A DNA stretch of 64,000 bases from an uncultured Gemmatimonadaceae bacterium (GCA_963817955.1 CAWFQK010000002.1:512001-576000), one strand, 5' to 3'. Shown: positions 52,426-63,312, numbered from the stretch's first letter. The notes: generated by a model from the sequence alone, not told the origin. Program-made: numbers and translations.

Positions 52426-52920
52426 TCATCCTTCCCAACGCTTCTTCAGCTCCAGATATGAATCCACCGTGTGCCGAATGCGGTCGCGTTCCTCAGGGGT
52501 CGTCTCTCGCTTCACCTTGCCCGGCACACCGAGCACAAGCGAATTGGGCGGGATCTGCATTCCCTCGGTGCAGACAGCGCCGGCGCCAATGATGGAGCCG
52601 GTGCCGACGTACACGCCATTCAACAGAATGGCGCCCATGCCGATCAAGCACCTGTCCTCGACCGTCGCGCCGTGCACGATGGCGCGATGACCAATGCCGA
52701 CCCGCTTGCCAATGATGCACGGCCGGTCGTCGTCAACGTGCACCACACACCCGTCCTGCACGTTGCTCTCGTCGCCGATCACGACCTTGTCGCTGTCGCC
52801 GCGGACCACGGCTGTGGGCCAGACAGACACATGCGCACCGAGCGTGACGTCCCCGACGACGACGGCAGCGGGATGAACGAATGCAGTGGGATGGATCGTT
52901 GGCAACGGAGATCCGAGCAA
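52426..52920 (-). CDS. Gamma carbonic anhydrase family (YrdA/CaiE-like)
   Basis: VVRGD, SNVQDGCVVH, IGHRAIVHG, IGMGA hexapeptide repeats. Confidence 0.93.
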   Translation of the reverse strand: MLGSPLPTIHPTAFVHPAAVVVGDVTLGAHVSVWPTAVVRGDSDKVVIGDESNVQDGCVVHVDDDRPCIIGKRVGIGHRAIVHGATVEDRCLIGMGAILLNGVYVGTGSIIGAGAVCTEGMQIPPNSLVLGVPGKVKRETTPEERDRIRHTVDSYLELKKRWEG

Positions 52921-53109
52921 TGAGCGGTCGAGCGTGACGACGGGAGAGTGAATGTAGTGCGCTCGTTCGCTCGCGCTATTCCTTGACAGCGCGACTAGGA
53001 ATCCACCAGAGAAATGACGGTTGACATCGAGGATGGTCGCGGGGTGATACTATTCCGCCCCTACTTGCTCGTCCGCCACGCAAGCGGTCCCCGTCCCCAA
53101 TCCGCCCGC

Positions 53110-54378
53110 CTATTTGGCTCTATATGTGATCTTCCATATCGTCCCGCCCTTGTCATCACTCAGGTACAGCGCCCCATCCGGCCCCTGCGCGAGCCCCACG
53201 GGCCGATGGTTCGCACCCTCCGGGCTTGCCATGCCGCCGGCAAATCCCGACGCGAACACGGTGTACTCGGCAGCCAGTCCGTCCTTGAATTGCACGAACA
53301 CCACCTGGTACCCCTCCTCCGGCAGCGGTGCGCGGTACGCCGATCCGTGGAACGCGACGAAGGCGCCGCCGCGGTAGGTCGCCGGAAACATGGTCCCCGA
53401 GTAGAACACCATCGACATCGGCGCCCAGTGCGCGGGGAACGCGATGAGCGGTTGGATGAGACGGTCGCAACGGCCAACGGTCTCTTTGTCGCCGCCGTAC
53501 TCCGGCGCCATCACACGCTGCTGTTTATAATAATCATAATAGCAGTACGGCCATCCAAAGTCGGCATGCGACGCAGCGACGCGTACCATCTCTTCGGCGG
53601 CGGCAGTGGCACTCTCCTGCTCCGAGTACAGCGCCGGCCAGAGGTCGTGCAAGCCATCGCGCCCGTGGGAGACGGCATACACCGCGGAGTCGAACGGGCT
53701 CACGGTGAGCGCAACGGCGTTATGGAGTCCGGTCGCGATGCGCTTGCCGTCCCTGAGCTGCTGACCGTTCTTGTCGGGCGTGAATGACCAGATGCCGCCG
53801 CCGGTCTCGAGCTCTGGACACGGATCACGCCCGGGCACTTGCGGCATCTCCCGGGGCTGACAGGCGTTCGATACCGCGCCAATGTTGACGATGAGGTTGC
53901 CGCGCGCGTCGATCGCGATGGTGTGCGACGGAATCTTTCGCTCCGCCAGGCCGGTCACGACGGTATCGACGCGCTTCTTGGGCTCGAGCGAATCAGTGAG
54001 CCGGTAGCGCAGAATGGCGGTGCTGGTCGTGGCGTACAGCGTGGAGTCACCTGCCAGCGCCACGCCATGCACCGCGCTGTCGCCAAAGCGCGCCTCCTGG
54101 TCCGCGTGACCGTCCTTGTTCGCATCGCGGAGCATCAGCACGCCGCCTGGCTGGCGCCGTTGGTCCAGAATACCGACGATGACGTCGCCATTCTTTCGCA
54201 CCACGAGCTCGCGCGCCGGGCCGACCGACTCGGCGAACACGGTGGCGCAAAACCCGGCTGGAAGCTGGATCGTCTCGTCGCAACCGCCGGAGGCGGAGAC
54301 AGTCGATGATTTCTTGCCGCAAGCCGCGATCAGGTTGATCGCGGCGAAGACGAGGACGAGGGATGGGACACGGGACAC
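53110..54378 (-). CDS. PQQ-dependent sugar/sorbosone dehydrogenase family lipoprotein
   Basis: Lipobox IAAC; LPAGF, ATGLHN, DFGWPYCY, HWAP, AFHGS, RPVGL..DGALYLSDD; start lies within the 7-bp repeat. Confidence 0.88.
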   Translation of the reverse strand: MSRVPSLVLVFAAINLIAACGKKSSTVSASGGCDETIQLPAGFCATVFAESVGPARELVVRKNGDVIVGILDQRRQPGGVLMLRDANKDGHADQEARFGDSAVHGVALAGDSTLYATTSTAILRYRLTDSLEPKKRVDTVVTGLAERKIPSHTIAIDARGNLIVNIGAVSNACQPREMPQVPGRDPCPELETGGGIWSFTPDKNGQQLRDGKRIATGLHNAVALTVSPFDSAVYAVSHGRDGLHDLWPALYSEQESATAAAEEMVRVAASHADFGWPYCYYDYYKQQRVMAPEYGGDKETVGRCDRLIQPLIAFPAHWAPMSMVFYSGTMFPATYRGGAFVAFHGSAYRAPLPEEGYQVVFVQFKDGLAAEYTVFASGFAGGMASPEGANHRPVGLAQGPDGALYLSDDKGGTIWKITYRAK

Positions 54379-54433
54379 GGGACACGAGACACGAGACACG
54401 AGACACGAGACACGAGACACGAGACACGGGACA
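54365..54433. repeat. 7-bp tandem repeat G(G/A)GACAC, 9 full units plus a partial unit
   Basis: 3 x GGGACAC, 6 x GAGACAC, then GGGACA. Confidence 0.95.
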
Positions 54434-54448
54434 ACGGGACGGCGTTTC

Positions 54449-57436
54449 CTAAAATGCTATTCCCGACACTACGTAAACCTGTAGCCCTGGCCGCCCGAAC
54501 GCCGCCCCATTCTGCATCGGATGCGCCACACCGAATCGGAACCGGTACGGGCTGTCCCATGACAGCACGCCGAGGGTGAGATTGAGCTCGGCGCCTACCG
54601 AGCCAATGGTGACGCGCTGCGTTTGGTTGGCGCTCGTGCAGACTTCGCGGCCCGCGTTCGCCGCGGGACACCACGCGGTGCCTGCGTCGCCGAAGATCGT
54701 GAGCGAGCTGCGGTCGAAGAAGAACGGCAGAGGACCGGGCGCGCCGCCGATCATGAACAATGGCACGCGATACTCCGCCGAGCCAGTGAAGGCGCGGGTT
54801 CCGAACAGCGTGCCGGCATTGAAGCCACGAACGGGGAAGGTCTTCTGACCTTCGCCCAGTGTGTAGCCGGGAATGACCTGGAACAGGCTACCGCTGACGC
54901 CGCCCACCGAGTAATAGCCCGCGGCTCGATCGTCGGCGATGCCGGCGGCCCCACGGAGCGCGAGCACGTGATGCGCAAAGCCCGGCAGGTCGAGCGATTT
55001 GTACAGGCTCGCCGCCACGACGGTGCTCACGCTATGCTGGCCTGTGGCGGCCGCGCCGCTGCGCAGGCGGTCGCGCACCGTGACGGCGAGTTGCACGCCG
55101 TCTTCCGGAGAAATGCTGAACGGCGGCCGCTGACTATTCCCGAAGCCCGCCGCGGCAATGAGACTGGGAAACGTCGGCGTGCCGAACGCGCCGGTGGTAT
55201 CGATCTCCGCCAGGAGCGCATTGTCCGGGGTCGTTACGTGCGTGCGGCGCTCGATGCCCACTCCACCAGTGAGCGTGAGCGAGGTACGGTACCGCTGGCG
55301 CAGCCAGGTGGCTGTGGCATCGCCAGTCCACGTACGGCGGAACAGCTCACCAATGATCGGTATACCTGGCGTGCGCGCGAAGATGCCACCCAGGCTCTGC
55401 CAATCCTGCGTGGCGTCGAGCTGGATGATCGGCAGCCCGAAACCGCTGTACTGGTAGGTGACGTTGCCTGTGACGCCGGTGTTGTTGGTGGGGATCTCCA
55501 GCGTCGCGTTGAACGCGTGGCGGCCCACGACGTCCACACCGCCGGTCAGCCCACCAATGCGATAGCCGCCGTCGATGCCCTGATCGATGGTCGGCAGCCA
55601 GTAGCGCGGCCAAAAGGTGCGCCAGGGACTGAAGCGCGTCGCGGGGGTGGTGACGGTGATCAACGAGTCGGCCACCGGCAGCGTGTCGTGCGGCGGAGCG
55701 ACACGCGTCCACTGCTGCGCGCGCGGATCGCAGCAGGGCGCCACGCCAAGGTGATAGCCGTCGGCGCGGAAAAGCACCGAGGCAAGGTGGTCGCCCTTCG
55801 GCGATTCCTGGGGCTCGAACATCCCGGTGGGCACTCGGCTCACCGCGTCGGTCACACCTGGCTCGCCGTTGGCGTTCAGCTGAACGAAGTAGACCTCGGC
55901 CGACCCGGTCCAGTCGGAGCTGTAGAAGATGCCGGCGTCGCCCGGCGCCCACGTGGGCGTGGATTGGATGGAGTGGCCGCTGGCGATGAGTGTTTGTTCA
56001 TGGCCCAGCGTGTCGAGGACGACGATCTGCGACAGGTTGCCGCGCAGCCATCGCACGGCGGCAATGCGGTCGCCGCGTTGCGACCAGCGCGGCTCGGTCC
56101 ACTGCTCGTCGTAGGACCCTCCGGTGACCGGCGTGATGCGCTTGCCGTCGCGCGACACACGCACGAGTCGCGTGGCGCCGGGAATGACTTGCGACGCGAC
56201 AATCTCGCCGTCGGCGCGCGCGTCGGGGCTGGTGAGGCGCTGATCATACGTGAGGCGCCGCTCGCGCCCGTTGTGCTGGGTCCAGAGGTCGGATCGCACC
56301 TGATACGGCGTGACGTACTCGAGCTGCGAATACAGAAACGTGTTGTTGCCCAGCGACACATTTGCCGAACTACTATTGCGCCGTCCCACGCGGTGACGTA
56401 CGCCACTCAGATTCACGCGGAAGGCACCAAAGCTCTCGCGTCCATTCGATCCGCTGTAGACGATCGCCGTGTCGCCCAGCCAGCGCGGCGCATAGACGAA
56501 CACACCGTCGCGGGTGAGCGGGCGCCACCCAGATGCGGCGTTCGACGGCTCGAGCGACGCGATGCTGCGTGCCATCGAATCGGTCCATCGCTTCCACGCG
56601 GTGGAGAACGAGATGCCGAACGCCTGGCGCGATGGGAGGTTGATGAGATACGGAATGGCGTTCGCCGATGACTTCTCGACAAACTCCCGCACGTGCACCT
56701 CGCCCTGGGTCTTCGCCAGGTAATCGACGAACAACGAGCCATATGCGTACGCCGCCTCGCCAAACGGATATCGTCCCGTGGCAAGACTGACGGCGCCGAG
56801 CGAGGGAAAGGTATGGTCGATGGCGGCGGCACGGGCGATCATGCGATGCTCGGAGCCTTCGATACGACCAGCACCGGTGAGCTTCGATTCCTCGTAGACG
56901 GCGAGGCCCTCAGTGAGCCACGCTGGGTCGTACGAGTTGGGAAAGAGCGCGGCGGCGCGGCCGAAGATGTCCTGGCCGAGCGCCCAAATGCCCCGCGTGC
57001 GGTCAAGATGAAAGATGTGCGTGAGCTCGTGCGTGACGACGAGCTGTCCCCAATCATTCGTGTAGCGCAACGCCGACTCGCTCACTGGCGGATTGGCGTA
57101 GATGACGATGCGATTGGTGGGATACGGAGTCGCGTATCCGTTCGAGAAATCGACATCGTCGGAGAGAACGATGTCGATCATGCCGCGCGGCGGATGCAGC
57201 TCGCGCGACAGCTCCGTGTACGCCCGTTCGGCGTCACCGGCAATGCGCCGGGCGAGTCCTTCAGTGGGCGGCGTGAAGTGGACGTAGAAGTGCTCCGTCC
57301 TGATCGTACGCCAGTCGGCGTTGGGGGCGACCTGCGCGGTGAGCGGCGAGGAGTGAGCGACGAGGGCAAACAGCAAGGCTGTCGCGAGCCTTTTCAGATT
57401 ACGCGGCCCGGACCGCAGATGCCTCGCTACCCTCAT
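54449..57436 (-). CDS. Large envelope protein: gluzincin-like domain, TolB/PD40 propeller and BamA/TamA-like barrel
   Basis: HELTH plus WLTEGLAVY; PRWS/PTWA propeller repeats; FPVRGF, SAEYRVP, FGDAG; terminal F. Confidence 0.8.
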   Translation of the reverse strand: MRVARHLRSGPRNLKRLATALLFALVAHSSPLTAQVAPNADWRTIRTEHFYVHFTPPTEGLARRIAGDAERAYTELSRELHPPRGMIDIVLSDDVDFSNGYATPYPTNRIVIYANPPVSESALRYTNDWGQLVVTHELTHIFHLDRTRGIWALGQDIFGRAAALFPNSYDPAWLTEGLAVYEESKLTGAGRIEGSEHRMIARAAAIDHTFPSLGAVSLATGRYPFGEAAYAYGSLFVDYLAKTQGEVHVREFVEKSSANAIPYLINLPSRQAFGISFSTAWKRWTDSMARSIASLEPSNAASGWRPLTRDGVFVYAPRWLGDTAIVYSGSNGRESFGAFRVNLSGVRHRVGRRNSSSANVSLGNNTFLYSQLEYVTPYQVRSDLWTQHNGRERRLTYDQRLTSPDARADGEIVASQVIPGATRLVRVSRDGKRITPVTGGSYDEQWTEPRWSQRGDRIAAVRWLRGNLSQIVVLDTLGHEQTLIASGHSIQSTPTWAPGDAGIFYSSDWTGSAEVYFVQLNANGEPGVTDAVSRVPTGMFEPQESPKGDHLASVLFRADGYHLGVAPCCDPRAQQWTRVAPPHDTLPVADSLITVTTPATRFSPWRTFWPRYWLPTIDQGIDGGYRIGGLTGGVDVVGRHAFNATLEIPTNNTGVTGNVTYQYSGFGLPIIQLDATQDWQSLGGIFARTPGIPIIGELFRRTWTGDATATWLRQRYRTSLTLTGGVGIERRTHVTTPDNALLAEIDTTGAFGTPTFPSLIAAAGFGNSQRPPFSISPEDGVQLAVTVRDRLRSGAAATGQHSVSTVVAASLYKSLDLPGFAHHVLALRGAAGIADDRAAGYYSVGGVSGSLFQVIPGYTLGEGQKTFPVRGFNAGTLFGTRAFTGSAEYRVPLFMIGGAPGPLPFFFDRSSLTIFGDAGTAWCPAANAGREVCTSANQTQRVTIGSVGAELNLTLGVLSWDSPYRFRFGVAHPMQNGAAFGRPGLQVYVVSGIAF

Positions 57437-59295
57437 TGTTGCGCGAACATCCGGAAGTACGCCTCGATGCCGTCGGCGAGAGCAATGGCGTAGCGCTCCT
57501 GGAATTCCGGCGTCCGGGCGGCGTTCTCCTGCTCGGGCACCATGAGGAACAGCCCCTCGGTGATCACCGACGGCATCCACATGGTACGACCGATGGCGAT
57601 GTTCTGGTAATGAATGCCGAGATCGCGTAAACCCATTTCGCGCATCATGGCTGCCTGGACAAGCCGGGCGAGCGGCTCCGACTGCGGGTGAAAGAAGAGG
57701 GTACTCGTGCCGACATTCGGAAACGGATTGGTCCCTTCGCCGAACGCATTCTCATGAACCGATATCAAGAGATTGGAGTTCGCTCGTCGCGCGATGACGG
57801 TGCGCAGATGAAGGTCCACGGCTCGCATGTCGGTACGCGTCATGACGACGTGCGCGCCGCGTTGCTCCAGGATGTCGCGCAGCTTGAGCCCCACGGCCAG
57901 TACGCCCTGCGCCTCCGTATACCCGCTGGGACCGATTGCGCCTCCGGGCGGATGGCCGGGGTCCACGGTGATCGTGAGCCCCTGGAGGGGATGGCCGAGC
58001 GACACGTGTGGCGGACGCCGCAGGCGGAGAATCAGACCGCGCGCTGGATCGAATAGCACGAGATACCCGTAGGGCGCCTGCGACAGCTCGAGGTGGAACT
58101 GCACGCGATCGGACTGTTCGGGCACCCAGTTGATGATGCGGACCAACGAGTCGTCGCCGAGGAACTTGATGACGTCGGGCGACGCACTGGTGCCGTACAA
58201 CGTCAGCGTGATGCGACCCGTCTCTTCCTCGATCAGATACGGCGGTGGCGACGACACCGGCATCACGACGTCCACCCAGCCCGCCGACGGCTCGAGCGTC
58301 ATGGCGCCGACCGTGCGGCGCGGTGACGGATAGCCTGCCGGCAGCGATCGGATGCTCGCCGAATCCACCCACACCTCGAGACGCGAATCAAGACGGACGC
58401 GGACATTGTCGCCATTGCGCCCGGTTTCCTCGACGATGGTGCCGGGCACGAACATCCATTTGTACGTGCCCGACGGGATGGTGCGTCCGATGACGTACGC
58501 GTCCGTGTCGCGTTGCGCGAGGGGGTCGCCGAGGGAGACGAACGAAGGATGAGGGGGGAGAGGCGACGGACGAGAGAGCGCGAAACGAACAGTGTCTGAG
58601 CCGCGAGCGACGAGCAGCGAGCTACCCTTGTACATCGCTTGGGCAGGGACGTCTGTCGCAAACAGGTTTCCGCTGGTGTTCACCAGCGGAAAGTGCATGC
58701 CGTTCGCGAGCACCCAGACACTCGCGTTCGCTGGAGCGCGAATGCTCACCCGGACCGGCTCGTCGTCGCGAAGCATCAATGTGGCGTTGCGCGGCGAGGC
58801 GCTGCCGCTATCGACCACCAGACGTCCGGTGAGTGCGAGATCCGGGCGTGGAGGTGGCACGCGTACCGGCACGACGAGCGTCGCGCTATCGGCACCGTCG
58901 CGCGCCACGAGCTCGTAACGCGGATCCGCGGGCGACGGCACCGGAAGAAACGCGAGGAACGTCCCGTTCGGCGCGACAGTGACCGGAACCCCGTTGATCT
59001 TCAGCGAGGCATGTCCGTTCCCGATCGAACCGAAAATGAAATTCGAGTCCCGAACGGTGATCGTCTGGTTCGCGCCGGGATAGACTACTTTGGGCGCGAG
59101 GGGTCCTTCGACGAGTGGCACGACCGGCAAGGGCGGCGCGGGGCGTGGCGTGATGCCGCGCTCGAACGTCGCCACTGTGGGTGGTGAAACCGGCGGCTTG
59201 ATAGACGGTGTCGGACCGGGCGAGGCCGGTCGAGGCGCAGGCCCGGTATGACAGGCCGCGACGAGTGCGATAAACGCAAGACGTTGGGTCCGCAT
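57433..59295 (-). CDS. N-acetylmuramoyl-L-alanine amidase (Amidase_3), lipoprotein
   Basis: Lipobox VAAC; VDPGH, TE, ISVHENA, SVITEG. Confidence 0.9.
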   Translation of the reverse strand: MRTQRLAFIALVAACHTGPAPRPASPGPTPSIKPPVSPPTVATFERGITPRPAPPLPVVPLVEGPLAPKVVYPGANQTITVRDSNFIFGSIGNGHASLKINGVPVTVAPNGTFLAFLPVPSPADPRYELVARDGADSATLVVPVRVPPPRPDLALTGRLVVDSGSASPRNATLMLRDDEPVRVSIRAPANASVWVLANGMHFPLVNTSGNLFATDVPAQAMYKGSSLLVARGSDTVRFALSRPSPLPPHPSFVSLGDPLAQRDTDAYVIGRTIPSGTYKWMFVPGTIVEETGRNGDNVRVRLDSRLEVWVDSASIRSLPAGYPSPRRTVGAMTLEPSAGWVDVVMPVSSPPPYLIEEETGRITLTLYGTSASPDVIKFLGDDSLVRIINWVPEQSDRVQFHLELSQAPYGYLVLFDPARGLILRLRRPPHVSLGHPLQGLTITVDPGHPPGGAIGPSGYTEAQGVLAVGLKLRDILEQRGAHVVMTRTDMRAVDLHLRTVIARRANSNLLISVHENAFGEGTNPFPNVGTSTLFFHPQSEPLARLVQAAMMREMGLRDLGIHYQNIAIGRTMWMPSVITEGLFLMVPEQENAARTPEFQERYAIALADGIEAYFRMFAQQ

Positions 59296-59422
59296 GCGGA
59301 AGGCAATGTAGGGCAAGCTGGAGCTAAACCGTTAGATGGACGATCGTGCAATTCATTGACCACCCCCTCACCCGAAGCCTATATTCGCGCCATATGGATG
59401 TAATCCCGCCGGAGGCATACGC

Positions 59423-60523
59423 GTGACGAATTGCGCCTTCTGCGGACGGGAAAACGAGACCGAGTCGCGCTTCTGTATCGACTGCGGCAAGCTGCTTCAC
59501 CCGTCCGCCGCACGCGTCGGCCCAGCGTATGTCCCACACCCCAGTGGGGGACAGCCGCAGCCAGTCAGCGCCCCCGTCGCTACACCGCGTCCCCTAAAGC
59601 CATTCAGCGGGGGCGTGCCAAGCACGCGTGTGACCGACGCACAGTCCACCTGCCCACGGTGCGGCAAGACGGTGAACTCCGGTTTGCCGTTCTGCGGCCA
59701 CTGCGGCACTCGTGTCGTGACGACCGCCGAGCCAGGCAGTTGCGCGCAATGCGGCGCGACATACACCAAGGGGCTCGATCTCTTCTGCGCGCGCTGTGGC
59801 TGTCGCGTGGGCGCGCGCGTATCGGTCAGCGTCGCCGCGACCGGCAGCACGCAGGCACTCGGCATCGGCCGTCTCGCCGCCGGCCCCAAGCTCGCGCTGC
59901 TCGGCGAGGGAGGCGCAGTCACCCAGACATACACGCTCGATCGGGGAGAAGCCGTGATCGGACGGGGCGACGCGGACATCCAGTTCGCCGACGACCACTT
60001 GATGTCGCCCCTGCACGCACGACTCGAGTTGCGCGAAGGGCAGCTCTGGCTGCGCGATCTGGGTTCGCGCAACGGCACCTGGTTGTTCATCGAGGAGCCG
60101 GCCAGACTCACCGATCTCGATCTGATCCTGGTCGGATCGCAACTGCTGCGCTTCCGCCGGCTCGGCTACCCGGGTCCGCATCCGCCGGAGGCCGATTCGA
60201 CGCGTCGCATGGGCTCGGTCGTGCCGACGGTAGACATCGCCGTGCTCGAGCAGTTGAGAGCGGATGGGAGCGTGCGCGACGTGTTCCATCTCTCACCGGG
60301 CCGCTCAATGACGATTGGGCGCGAATCCGGCGACTGGCTATTTCCGTATGACGGCACCATGAGTGGGCGGCACGCCGATGTACGCTCGGAAGACAACGAG
60401 TTCTTCGCGTACGACGCGACCAGCCGGAACGGCGTCGCCATGGGCGTACGCGGCGACCGGACGATAAAGCGTGGGCAGCGCATTCTGGTGGGCGATCAGA
60501 TTCTCAGGCTGGAGAGCGTGTGA
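59423..60523 (+). CDS. Zinc-ribbon and tandem FHA domain protein
   Basis: Six CxxC motifs; IGR..MSPLHA..DLGSRNGT and IGR..MSGRHA..SRNG. Confidence 0.9.
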   Translation: MTNCAFCGRENETESRFCIDCGKLLHPSAARVGPAYVPHPSGGQPQPVSAPVATPRPLKPFSGGVPSTRVTDAQSTCPRCGKTVNSGLPFCGHCGTRVVTTAEPGSCAQCGATYTKGLDLFCARCGCRVGARVSVSVAATGSTQALGIGRLAAGPKLALLGEGGAVTQTYTLDRGEAVIGRGDADIQFADDHLMSPLHARLELREGQLWLRDLGSRNGTWLFIEEPARLTDLDLILVGSQLLRFRRLGYPGPHPPEADSTRRMGSVVPTVDIAVLEQLRADGSVRDVFHLSPGRSMTIGRESGDWLFPYDGTMSGRHADVRSEDNEFFAYDATSRNGVAMGVRGDRTIKRGQRILVGDQILRLESV

Positions 60524-62124
60524 ACCCGCTGAAAACCTGTCCCCAGTGCGGCACGGAATACCCGGCTAACGCGCGCTTCTGCGAAATCGATGGGACTGCC
60601 CTCCGCGCTGCGTCGGGGAGCCAGGACCTCATCGGCTCGATCGTAGCCGATCGCTACCATATCATGAAGAAGCTCGGCGAGGGCGGCATGGGGCAGGTGT
60701 ATCTCGCCGAACACGTGAAGATGGGGCGTAAGAGCGCGCTGAAGGTGATGCACCCCGGCATGAAGGCCGACGTGGACGCGATCAGCCGCTTCAATCGCGA
60801 GGCGTCGAACGCGAGCCGGATCGCCCATCCTAACGTCGCCGCGGTGTACGATTTCGGCGAGACGCCGGACGGCATCATCTACCTGGCGATGGAGTTCGTG
60901 GACGGTTCACCGCTCAAGACGGTGATCGAGCAGCAGGGCGCGCTCCCTCCCAAGCGTGCGGCGGAGATCGTGCGGCAGACCGCGGAGGCGCTGGCGGTGG
61001 CGCACGACATGGGGATTGTTCATCGCGATCTCAAGCCCGACAACATCATGCTCGCCCGCACGCGCGATGGCGGCGACCTGGTGAAGGTGGTGGACTTCGG
61101 CATCGCCAAGGCGGCAGGCAACGAGGCGCAGCAGGTGACGAAGACCGGCCTGGTCGTCGGCACGCCGGAGTACATGAGTCCCGAGCAACTGGCCGGTGAC
61201 AAGCTCGATGGTCGCAGCGACATCTATTCGCTGGGACTCGTCGCGTTCAATATGTTGACGGGCAAGCTCCCCTTCCCCGGCGAGTCGGCGCAAGAGTCGA
61301 TGATCATGCGCCTCACGGACAAGCCGAAAGCGCTGATGGACATGAAGCCCGAGGTCTCGTGGCCGGCTGACGTGCAGGCGGTCATGGACAAGGCGCTCGA
61401 GCGCGACGTCACGCTGCGTTATCAGAACGCGACGGAGTTCGGCCGCGCGCTGTGCCGGGTGGTGGATCGGATGCCGGAAACGCAGGCGATGGAGCTGGGC
61501 ACCGCAGTGATGAACGTGCCGGCAACGCACGTCAGCCCGTCCCCCAACGTGCCCGCTCACGCCACCGTTCCCATGCCGACGCCGGTGAGCACCGCCCCTG
61601 TGACACAAGCCACTGCGCCAGCGAGCAAACGCAGTATGGTTCCATGGATTGCTGGGGGCGCGACGGTAGTGATGGCGGGGATAGCGGCATTCCTGATGAT
61701 GAAACCGGCGGCGGCCGGTGAGCGACCAGGGGCAAGCGATTCGATCGCGACGATTGTCCGTGCGGCGCAGAGCGCCGCGACGCCACCAGCCGTAACTCAG
61801 AGCGGTGCATCAACGCCGGGCAAGCAGACCGCTGACGAGGCGCCGATCGACATCCACAAGACCCTCGCCAGGTTCGAGAACGTCGCGAAGACGGACGAAA
61901 CGGGAGCGAAGACGGAGGACAGCATTCTCGTACAACTCAATAAGCTTTCGTCGCAGCTGACGAAGAACGCCGACGATCAGGCCCACGCGAATTTCATCCG
62001 ATATTGGGCGTACCTCAAAAAGAATGATCGTGACAAGGCGTGCACGTCGCTCAACGCGGCGATCATCGGCGTCACCGACACGGCCACAAAGACGAAGTAT
62101 CAAGGCTACAGCGATGTGTGCTAG
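60520..62124 (+). CDS. Membrane Hanks-type Ser/Thr protein kinase
   Basis: GEGGMGQV, ALK, HRDLKPDN, DFG, GTPEYMSPE; one TM. Confidence 0.97.
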   Translation: MNPLKTCPQCGTEYPANARFCEIDGTALRAASGSQDLIGSIVADRYHIMKKLGEGGMGQVYLAEHVKMGRKSALKVMHPGMKADVDAISRFNREASNASRIAHPNVAAVYDFGETPDGIIYLAMEFVDGSPLKTVIEQQGALPPKRAAEIVRQTAEALAVAHDMGIVHRDLKPDNIMLARTRDGGDLVKVVDFGIAKAAGNEAQQVTKTGLVVGTPEYMSPEQLAGDKLDGRSDIYSLGLVAFNMLTGKLPFPGESAQESMIMRLTDKPKALMDMKPEVSWPADVQAVMDKALERDVTLRYQNATEFGRALCRVVDRMPETQAMELGTAVMNVPATHVSPSPNVPAHATVPMPTPVSTAPVTQATAPASKRSMVPWIAGGATVVMAGIAAFLMMKPAAAGERPGASDSIATIVRAAQSAATPPAVTQSGASTPGKQTADEAPIDIHKTLARFENVAKTDETGAKTEDSILVQLNKLSSQLTKNADDQAHANFIRYWAYLKKNDRDKACTSLNAAIIGVTDTATKTKYQGYSDVC

Positions 62125-62187
62125 ATGCAGGTCCGTCGCTCCGCTCAGGACAACAACGTACTGCCTCCCACCAATGCATCCCCCTCG

Positions 62188-63312
62188 ATGAGCTCCACGA
62201 AGGACACGCCAGGCGGTGAGATCATCGTCCAGGTCTTTGGCCGAACCGATGTCGGTCGCACACGCGAGCACAACGAGGACGCATTCGTCGTTGCCGACCT
62301 GACGACCGGTAATGCGACGCTGCAGCCGGAGGTGCGCACACATGCCGTTGGTAGCAAGGGGACGCTGTTCATGGTCGCCGACGGCATGGGCGGCGCCGCG
62401 GCCGGCGAGGTGGCGAGCGCGATGGCCGTTGACATCGTGCTCGCGGAGCTGCGCACGTCGTGGATCGCACACCCCGAGACGGACGGCGAAACATTCGTGC
62501 GCGCCATCAAGCACGCGACCAGGATGGCGAACGAGCAGATCAACGCGTTCGCCGCGAGCCAGCCCGAGTTCCGCGGCATGGGGACGACAGCCACGATTGC
62601 CGGGTTGCTGGGCGACACGTTGTATCTCGCTCAGGTCGGCGACAGCCGCGCGTATCTCGTGCGCGATGGCGTGGCGCGCCAGATCACGAAAGACCAATCG
62701 CTGATGCAAAAGTTGATCGAGGCGGGCGAACTCACCGAGGAAGAAGCCGAGCACAGCGAGCGGCGGAACATCATTCTGCAGGCGTTGGGACCGGAACCCA
62801 CGGTCAAAGTGGATCTCACGCACCAGACCGTCCGTCGCAACGATCAGCTCGTGTTGTGCAGCGACGGCCTGTCGGGTCAGGTGACGAAGGAAGACATCGC
62901 GCAGGTGGTGACGGAGGAATCGGATCTCACCGCCGCGTGCAAGCGCCTGATCGACATTGCGAACGCCAACGGCGGTCCCGACAACATCACCGTGGTCGTT
63001 GCGCGCTTCGACGGCGCAGGACTGGAGGCCAGGACGTCGAAGGACGACGTGCGGTATCGTGTCTTTCCGCTGCCGGACACGGGGCAGACGCCGGCGTTCG
63101 CGCTCGATCGCACGACGCGTCCCCTGCAGCTCGACGAGGCGGGTGAGGTGCAGGCGGCGGAGCCAGGCGTCATCGTTTCGCCGGAGCGCCGCAGCACCGG
63201 ACGCGTCATCTCCATCGGGCTGCTGGTGCTCCTCGTGGCCGCCGCGGCGTGGTTCGTCATGACGCGCGTGATCGGCGCACACGGAATCAGCCAGGGCCTC
63301 ACCAAACTCTGA
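62188..63312 (+). CDS. PP2C-type Ser/Thr phosphatase (Stp1/PrpC family)
   Basis: REHNED, VADGMGG, MGTT, VGDSRAY, CSDGL, GGPDNIT; start 62125 or 62188. Confidence 0.95.
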   Translation: MSSTKDTPGGEIIVQVFGRTDVGRTREHNEDAFVVADLTTGNATLQPEVRTHAVGSKGTLFMVADGMGGAAAGEVASAMAVDIVLAELRTSWIAHPETDGETFVRAIKHATRMANEQINAFAASQPEFRGMGTTATIAGLLGDTLYLAQVGDSRAYLVRDGVARQITKDQSLMQKLIEAGELTEEEAEHSERRNIILQALGPEPTVKVDLTHQTVRRNDQLVLCSDGLSGQVTKEDIAQVVTEESDLTAACKRLIDIANANGGPDNITVVVARFDGAGLEARTSKDDVRYRVFPLPDTGQTPAFALDRTTRPLQLDEAGEVQAAEPGVIVSPERRSTGRVISIGLLVLLVAAAAWFVMTRVIGAHGISQGLTKL

